Assembly: GCF_001194135.2 (NCBI RefSeq)
Contig: NC_068991.1
Location: 60,534,832-60,598,831 of the forward strand
Origin: Octopus bimaculoides
Taxonomy: Eukaryota
Direction: 5' to 3'
DNA: 64,000 nucleotides
A program made the position numbers and the translations under genes. Under the pieces are notes generated by a model. That model was not told where the DNA came from. It ran no database searches and worked only from the letters and a program-made list of their open reading frames with translations. This document shows, one piece after another, positions 12,001-22,010 of the stretch (position 1 is the first letter of the stretch; the number at the start of each line of letters is the position of its first letter).

Positions 12001-15000
12001 CCATCTTTTCAGGTCTAAACTAAATACTATCCTCTTAAATTTCTCTTAGCTCCCTCTACTGCAGATACCAATATCCTCTCACATGTGACAAACTGAGAGA
12101 CTCATTATAATGTTGAACAGAATGCTTTGCAGTATTTGTTCCAACTCTCTACATTCTGGATACATGTAGAGAGACGTTTAGTAGGGGAGATAGGAAAGAG
12201 TAAGTGGCAACTGCAGAGACTGGGTAGGATTGAGGAGTGGATAAGGGGTGAGGGTGACCTCTGATACCCCTGAGTTATAAGTACTTATAAGGGAGAGAGT
12301 GGGTGATGGCTGACAATATATAGGAAACGTGAGGAAATATCAGTATTAAGTTTTGACGATGAGGCGTAAACTAACTTCTACTTGAATCACAGACTGAAAC
12401 TGAAATGCAACTGATGAGCAAAAACAGTGCAGCTCAGCAATATCATAAGAGTCACAGCACAACACCACAGCCAGTGTCACACTCAAACATCATTAAAAGC
12501 ATTCAAAGACTGTCACATCAACATTTCATCTGCCTCTATTATATTCTATAAAATGCTATTAATACAACTACTGTGAAGGCACTAAGCCTCATAGTTAAGG
12601 GTGTGGGGTCACAATCACATGATCAGTTCCTGGACTGGATAATGCATTGCCTCCTTGAGCAAGACACTCTGTAACATGTTGTATCAATCTACTCTGGTGG
12701 AGATCGGAACCAACTCAGCACTGGTGCAGCCCCCTCTCTCCTTCCAGCTGTCATATGCTTGATGTTTACTGGGTCAAGGCAGGGAGAGCCAAGATAGCGT
12801 CTGGGTCTGCTCACAAACAGAGAAACACCTAAAACAATTAGCAAAAGCATGGCACATGTTACCATGTCAACCCCATTTGTGAGTAACAGCAATGCACAAC
12901 CCACACACAAATACACACAGCAGACACTTCTGCTGCTACCACTACCACCACTACAAGAACTAAAAAATGGTGTAAAACAAGGAAGGAATCAACAAAACAC
13001 TTACATCAACTCACACTCTTTACCATCTTGAAACACCACTACGGTTGATAATCCAATTGTTTTCTCTTCAGAAAGTTTTTTTATATGTTCTGGTAACTGT
13101 TGCTTTCTCTCCAGCTCTTGAAATCTAACAGTTGGTTTCACTTGGGGACTACTTGTACAATAAGGACGATTGCCTGGCCTGGCACCGATTTTTGGCTGAA
13201 GAGCAAACCTTGACCTCCTGGAAATAACTTTTTGACTGAAATAAAATAAAAAATTGCTGGAGTTATTTTGCTTGCATTTTGGAGGATTTGGGTTTTTCTT
13301 GTTCGTAGGGATTCTGATACATAAATAATGATAATGATACTTTCCCCCACTCAAAATTACTGGCCTTGTACCTCGATTATAAAGTGGTGAATTGGCAGAA
13401 TTGTTTGCTCATTAGATAGATTGCTTGGTAGTAACCGTTCTGAGTTCAAATCCTGCTGAAATTAGTTTTGCCACTCAATTCTAATTACTGATTACAAACT
13501 TTTCCTCCATTAAGTACTAATCAAAAAAATGACAAGGAAAGTATGTAGGAACTAATGCAGAAACTCTGATGCAAACATCTAAATTTACATAAACATTCAA
13601 CCCATGTTAGTTAGTGGGATGGAAAAGAATGTATTAGAAAAAACGAAAATAAAAAGTTTACAATGACATTGAGAGAGGATATACTTACGGAGTATTAATA
13701 GTTGGTTTATTGCTGTTGGATAAGGTCTTATCATTAGATGTTTCATCAGTAACTGGTTTACCAGGACTGGGTAATGTCGTACCACCAGATGCTGCATCGG
13801 TAGTAGGTTTATCATTGCTGAGAAGGGCTTTGCTATCAGATGTTGGATCAGCAACTGTTTTACCACTGCTTGGTATGTTCTTATCAGATGTCGCAACAGT
13901 AACTGTATTACCACTGGCAGGTAAGTTTGTACCATCTGTTGTCACATCATTAGCTGTCTTACTACTACCTAAGTCTTTATCATCAGGTGATGCAGTAATG
14001 AGTGTCTTACAACTGACAGGTAATGTCTTGTTATCTGATACTATATCATTAGCTGTTTTACCACTGTTGGTTAAGCTTTTACCATCTGCTGTTGCACCTA
14101 TAGCTGGTTTATCACTACTGGACAAAGTTTTGTCATTAGATACATCTTTTTCAATCTTATCAACTGCATCAGTGTTAGGTTTGGATAAATCTATCCGAGT
14201 CTCTTGTGTTATGCCTTCTACCAATTCAGTCGTATCATTATTTTCTGACACGGGTTTTGAGTGCAATTTTGGTTCATCATTCTTTGTTGCAGGAGAGGCT
14301 TTTTGGACTTCTGAAGAAACATGTTGGTTTTCCAACACAGAAGGAATGGCTGGTTTACTGGGGTTACTGCTGCCGCCAGACTGATTTGGAACTTTTGTCC
14401 TGATCTTTGGTTGCACAGAGAACCGTGACCGTCTAGAAATAACAGGTTTCCTGAAAAATGACAAACCAATTGAAATTAGCATTTCATAATAAATAACCAG
14501 AATTAACAGATTGTCTCAAAAATCTTTATAGATGTTTCCATTAAAGATGTTTCTTTATAGATGTTTCCTTTACTATTTTTCATTCATACCATGATAATTC
14601 AAATATGTTAACCAATTTGGTAATCACAAAGAGAAAACTACAAACTTAAAGTTACAGAAAAGGACATAATTTTCAATTTTCATACCATTTCAAAATTCAC
14701 ACAAACACATATACTATATATATGTAGATGTGTAACTTAAAGCTATTATTTTAAAGCATATTTAAGAACAGGAGAATATTTACTGGTAATGTGATGATAT
14801 TGAGAGAAGAGTCAAATTTATAGTGAAGATCACGATATATCATCATTTTAATGTCTACTTTGCTATGCTTGCATGGGTCAGATATATATCATTTTGGATA
14901 ATGCTGGATTCTGTATCAGTAGAAACTATTAAACCATGAACAGTACTTGGATATAAAGGTCAGTGGAAGAGAAATGGTTAATTATTAAAGATTAATTTTT

Positions 15001-18000
15001 TTACTAATTACTCTTTTACATGTTTCAGTCATTTGACATACCACACAGCCACTCCTACTAATGTATATTTTACATAAAAACTGAGCACTGAAACCTATAT
15101 ATGAATTAACTCCAGCAAAAACATCTTATGAAAGAACATTTCTGCTTAAATGCTAGCAAATAACTTGCTACATCTCAAGGGGTTAGCTATCTGCATGGTC
15201 AGTGATTGTGGATTAAGTCAATGAGTGTAATGTTTAGTGCTACATGGATAAAAAATAATTTGAGTACATATATTATTAAATCATATTTCATTTTCTTAAA
15301 AATCATCATCATCATCATTATTAGTAGTAATAGGGTGATGAGCTGGCAGGACAGTCAGGGTGCCAGGCAAAATGCTTAGCAGCATTTTGTCTGTCTTTAT
15401 GTTCTGAGTTCAAATTCAACTGAAGTTGACTTTGTTTTTCATCCTCTCAGGGTTGATGAAATAAGTACCAGTCGAGCACTGGAGGTCAATGTAATCGAAT
15501 AGTCCCATTCTCCAAACTTGCTGGCTTTGTGCCAAAATTTGAAAGCATTATTATTATTATTATTAGTAGCAGCAACCACCACCATACATTATTGAACCTT
15601 TATCACTATTTTGCCATCTTACTAGTAAAGAAAACTTCTAAAATTGGTTACCAGTCTCAGCTAACCTCTCAAAGATGAAACTCACACAAAGACAAATCAG
15701 CATTCCACTGTTACAATAGAGCAAACTAAGTAGAGAAAACAGCATAGTAATTAACAACAAACAAATTCCTTACTTTACAAGAAGCATACATGTGAATGTC
15801 CATATGCACAAACACACCCTATAGCACATAGGTTGTCTCTCATGCATACATTTGACATCCAGTTACTTTCTAAACTCATTTGCACTGGCACTTTATAACA
15901 AGTTAACTTTGCACATCAGACTAACAGCAGCCAACTCATTCCCCTTTATAAGTATTCATTGGCACAGTGACAATTTATATTGTTTTTAACACATGGCAAC
16001 AGTCAAACAGATTTGTGGCACCAATAGACAAATAGAACTGAGGAATAGCCAGACAAAGAGAAAAAAAAACCCAAAATAAAAGCAGTTGTATAATATAATT
16101 GCAGACATGGCTGCATGGATTAGAAGCTCACTTTGAAACCACATGGTTTTGGGTTCAGTCCCATTGTGTGGTAACTTGGGCAAGTGTCTTTTACTATAGT
16201 TCCAGGCCAACTAATACCATGTGAGTAAAATTGGTGGGTGGAAACTGAGTGGAAACCCTGTGTGTGTGTGTATGTTGGTTACCCACTCACAACTACTTGA
16301 CAAGTGATGTTGGTGTGTTTAAGTCCCCTTAACTTAGTGGTTCAGCAATAGAAACTGATGAAATAAGTATCATACTTAAAAAAACATAGGTACCAGAGTC
16401 AATTTGTTCAACTAAACCCTTCAAGGTGGTGCCCCAGCATGGCTACAGCACAATGACTAAAACAAGTAAAAGATAATATCTATATCTGCCTGCTGCCATC
16501 ATGAAGTGTCTATTTCATAACTGTAGGAAGATTGCTAGAAGAGATATATCAGATAAATATACTAGCATAGTACCTGTCAAAAATGACGGGATTTATTTGT
16601 TTCTTTTAATCTTTCAAGCCTTGCTCCATTTTCTTCTTGTGTTTCCTTTGGTCTTCTTCCAGTTACTCTTTCTACTTCAAACTATGCTTCTCTTTCTTCC
16701 TGTGTTACTTGTTTTGCAGAATTTCTCTCAAAATCATGCCAAGCACTGACCCCTTTTTGTGACAGTCATCTTCCTTCTGTATTCCAAGTTTAGAGTCATT
16801 GTGACTGAGAACTTCTGTGACTGACTTGCAGTTACCTGTCATATATTTGAAAAGTTGGCTCTTCACTTTTCATCCTTGTATTTTCATTCCCTCATTCACC
16901 ATTATTCTCACTCACATACTTTTCTCTATCTACATAATGCTTTCTCATTCAAATTCTACTTCTTGCCCTTTTCTTCATTTCCTAACATACTACACCTACA
17001 CTACACAGAGTTTGATATCATACAAATTTCACTACCATATTTTCAATATCATTCACTCACTCTCTATACTTCTGTTATATTATTGTCTTATCTTTATAAT
17101 TCGCTCTCTCTATAGTAAATATACAGGAATTTCCATTGATTCAGTATTTTTTCATTATCTGACACAGCAACAACAAAAACCACCCAACACTGCTATTGGT
17201 ACGTACATTATTTTGCAGATTGTTTTTACAGCTAGATGCCTTTCCTATCACCCGCCCACTTTTCTATGCTTGCATGGTAACCCTAACCCTAACCCTAACC
17301 CTGACAGAGGCAATGCATTGAGGTATATTTTTCTATGGCCAGATATCCTTCCTGTTCCCAACCCTTACATGTCTCCAAGTAAGGTACTTCTGCACCTTAA
17401 CATTTAAGCTAAGGCTCCAGCTTCAGGACTCCTTCCTCTCTCTCCCTCCCATCAATCTCAGAGGCCCTAGAAAGAGTCAAGGGTACTGCTCCTTCCTCCT
17501 GAATAAGCAATAAAAGAAATACATAATGTCAGGTCACTACTTTCTGCTCTGATATCCAAGAATTGTTTCTACAATGACTACAATATAAATATTTTACTGA
17601 CTCCATTTCTCTTGAATTAACCAAGACTGATCACTGAGTTCAATTTTAACAGTCAGGTTAACTAAATATGTTTCAGTTCTATATTTAAAAGATGATGAAT
17701 TATGTACATTATTTAGTTTATTTACATTTGACGGATATCTGTCCACATCTTCTTTATTGTTAACACAACATTTCAGTTGATATACCCTCCAGCCTTCATC
17801 AGGTGTCTTGGGGAAATTTCGAATCTGGGTTCTCATTCCCAAGGTATTTTTCGATGTTGTTGTTATTATTATTATTATTCAGGTCACTGCCTGGAATCGA
17901 ACTCGGAATCTTAGGGTTAGTAGCCCACGCTCGCTCTTAACCACTACGCCATAAGCCTGTGGGCATATGGCATAGTGGGATGAAGTTAAAATAAGACAGA

Positions 18001-21000
18001 GAACACTACTGGAAAATACGAAAACTAAAAGAAGCAGCACATATGCTAGGACACAACCGCCTAAGCAGACCAAGTGCAGATATGAACAGCATATGGGAAC
18101 CAGTATTAAGGAAGGATAGGAGAATATTAGATTTATAAGCCCTAAAATTCACTCCATAATTGCCCAAGGGCATATGCCATAGTGGTTAAGAGTACGGGCT
18201 ACTAACCCCAAGATTCCGAGTTCGATTCCAAGCAGTGACCTGAATAATAATAATAATAATAATAATGATAATAACAACATCAAAAAATACCTTAGGAATG
18301 AGAACCCAGGTTCGAAATTTCCCCAAGACACCTGATGAAGGCTAGAGGGTATATCAGCCAAAACATTGTGTTAACAACAAACAAGATGAGGACAGATATC
18401 AGTCAAATGTAAATAATATAAATATGTTTCATTTAGATTTCTTGTCAAATCATTTGAATACATCTGGATTTTAATAAGCTCCTAAAAGCACATATATCTT
18501 CATTTTTTTTTTTGTTTATGAAAAAAAGTCTTAACACAACCTTTTGTCTGTCTTTCTTTTTACATCAACAAGAAGGTTCTGGCTCTTTCTTAAAAAAAAA
18601 ATCTTTTTTTGAATGTTTTCTTTAATAAGAGCTGAGGAAGAGACTTTCTCCAATGACTCACTGAGACTGGAAGATTTATAAGAGACAATCAAACTAAGTT
18701 TGGGACCTTGCAAAATCATTGGAGGAATACAATTTTAATGGGGAGCTGTTTCATTTAAGCAACATTAGAAAATGAATAATTTAGTTTGCAAAAACATCAA
18801 CATGAAATCATCTAACATGGGGGGAGGTCAACAAAGAAGGCATCACACTGAAATAATAAACTATAAAATGAAAGTATAAATCAGTCAGTGTGATTGTCAA
18901 ATGGATTACATACTAACACGCACATAATTGTGCTGTGATTAATTGCTTTAAATGTTGCCAGTTGATATTTATGGCTGGTATTGCACTGTGATCTTCTGTA
19001 GGACATTATTTTATGTTATAGTATAGTATACTAGGACATTATTTGGATCTTTTTTAAAACGGGGGCCACATTTTTCATTAACGAAACACTTTGAAACTTG
19101 GAACACTGGTAGAATGTGTCATATAAAACATCTTTTTCTCTTAGTCTTCTTAAAAAAAAAAGAAATCCATAAATTATTCCATGTTAAAGTTGTATTTCTG
19201 TAATTTCAACCAATCACTGACGTCCATTCAGCCGATATACATTAAGTGCCGACTACATAAACAAACGCTTCTGAAACAATTAACCCTAACCCTAACCCCA
19301 CGGTTAGGGTTAAAGCAAATTTAAAATGAAAAAAGCAAATAAAACGAAGGTATGGAGATTAAATACGCTTTACATCGCTTAATGAGCCAAAGGAGTAAAT
19401 GTAAACAACTGAATACTTGTCAGTGATTGGTTGAAATTATCGAAATAAGACAATTTTTTACATGAAATAAATTCGAATACAAAAATATTTTTCTGTTCTA
19501 TAACACAAAATAGATAAGTATACGAAGTTTGAAGGTCTTTCGGTACCAAAAACACTACGTAAAACATTAATGAAAAATGTGGCCCCCGTTTTAAAAAAGA
19601 TCTCATTATTTTATGTTATAGTATATAAGGTATGGAAATAATAAGCACATGTTCTGGTTCTATTTCACTACTTTTATTATTATTAGTTAGTTGATTATTT
19701 GATTAATCATTCATTCAATTAATCAGCTAGACTTGTTAAAAGTCTTTTCATCACCTTTCATCTGCTTCCAAACCTGGGGTAGAGACAGTATATCATTGAT
19801 GAGGCTGCAAATGACAAACTGAGCTGATTGATTGATTGACCGAATAATTAATCAAACAATCAATTAGTTAGTTGGTTAATTATTAACGAATAATAAATAA
19901 GTGAAATTGAACTAGTGCACGTGTTTATTATTAGGCCTAACAATTTTTCCAACAAAATCTGTTTCAACGTAAGTCCATGTCAAGTACCTTGCAAACAGTA
20001 TACAAAAACTGAAATATTTTCCTTTAGTTATCCAGAAAATAAGTGTACCTTGTGACACCAACATCTTTTACCAAGTATGTATCACCCTTTTACATTAAAA
20101 GTCCAAACCAATATAAGTCTCTTGTACAGACATTAGATCTAATTGTTGATACCAAATCCCTTTTTTCTTCTAACTCATTTGAACGCAAACTTTCTCAAAA
20201 GTTAAACTTGCATATCCAAATGATAGTTAACTCATTCCTCTTAATCAACATCCACTACCACACATCATACTTCCATTTGATAATTTATAAATCAAGAGAT
20301 CTCACTAGAAAAAATATCTAAGAAACATATCACAAAAGAGAGAGAGAGAGAAAAAAAACTGGAAGAACTTCACTGTTTATAAGATATAAAGTTACTCACA
20401 CAGCAGGTTTTGAAGTATTTCCTGTAGTCAGTGGACCTTTTTCCACTTCTTTAACAGAAGAAGATACTTGGGAAGAGTTCTCAGCATTTTCAGCCTCCAA
20501 AATATTTGCAGTGAGGGTCCCTTCAATAGCCTGATCGGGTTGTTTCTCTAAGTCTTTAACTGGGGCTACAACAGGAGTAGACAGCTCAGCCACCTGATTT
20601 CCAGGTGCTGCATTAATACTCTGGTCAGCAGCTACTACAGTACTAGATGTTGTACCACCACTGCTACACTGGTCAGTTGCAACAGAAACTGCAGCCTCAC
20701 TATTCGGGTCAGATGGCGCATTACCAGGTGCTGCTGTTGGAATGTGTTTCATTGAGTCCATTGAGCCATGTAGACGAGGTGCAACAGAACCACGCAAACC
20801 AGTTTTTGGTCGAAGAGAAAATGCAGATTGTTGCTGAATGGGTTTAGTGTTACTGAAGAAATAAAGAAAAAACATTTCTTTTTAGCAAAATTTTGAAGAG
20901 CATTAAAGGAAAAACTACCGTATTTTAACATGTATAAGGAATCCCCTAATTTGGAAAAAAGATTTTGTAACAGATTATAATACTATCCATGTATAAGAAA

Positions 21001-21972
21001 CTCCCATATTTTTTCAACCTAATGTTTGACAAAAAAGGGTTCCTTATACACATTAAAATATGGTAAATCAGAGTAAACTTTCAATTGTTGAAGTAATTTT
21101 AATTCATATCACTTACCGTTTACACCAGGGGTTCTTAAACCATTTTTTACTTATGGACCCTTTGATTCCTATTTCCCTTGGGTGGACCCTCATAGTCATT
21201 CCATGTTTTAAAAAATCCATCCTTTGGTATTTTTATACTTAAATATTATTAGGACTTGTGTAAAAATTGTTAAAATATTTTGTGTATGGATGTATAACCA
21301 ATTTATTACTCATAAACTTTACTGGTCTGAAGCACAGCTTTTTTATGGCCCCTGAAAAATTACCGTGGACTCTCAATTTACTATATTGCATCTGTAGACC
21401 CCCAAAAATCATAGATGGACCTAGTGGGGAGGGCATACAAACCCTGGCTAAGTAACCCTGGTTTGCATCATTATTTTTGTAAAACACTTGCTGCCTTCCA
21501 TGTCAAGGATTTGGTCAAGTTCTCTTGATATTCCACTAAACACAGAGCAGACCATTTTACTATCTAGGTGTAGGTGTGGCTGTTTTGCTAAGAAGCTCAC
21601 TTTACAACCACTGGGTTTCAGGTTCAGCACAACACTTTGGACATGTGTTCTACAGCAGTGGTTCCCAAGGGGGCAATGGGATAGCGATTCATGTAAAATG
21701 TTGGGCTATAATGGGGTAGCAATTCATGTAAAAGCAACACAATAATGGGTTCATTAAGTTTTATTTGTGAAATGCAGTTGCTTTGAATTTGCTTCAGAAA
21801 CAGGTCTATGTTTGTGATTGTTAGTTGGGGGTGGTGGTGCTAGGAATGTGAGGTTGGTGTCAAAGGGACGGCAGCCTGAAAAAGTTTGGGAACCACTGTT
21901 CTACAGTAATCCTAGGCCAATCAATGCCTTCTGAGTGAATTTCATAGACAGAAACTGTGTGGAAGCCTGTCA

Positions 21973-22010
<38 letters not shown>

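Noticed and set aside
13710-14384. 224-aa plus-strand ORF rich in Leu/Val/Ser
   Set aside because: Antisense shadow of the repetitive BDP1 exon; it ends with that exon and has no independent signal.
17881-17960. tRNA-like sequences with A/B boxes (also at the heads of families A, C and D)
   Set aside because: No complete acceptor stem, and each continues into a repeat body, so they are SINE heads rather than tRNA genes.
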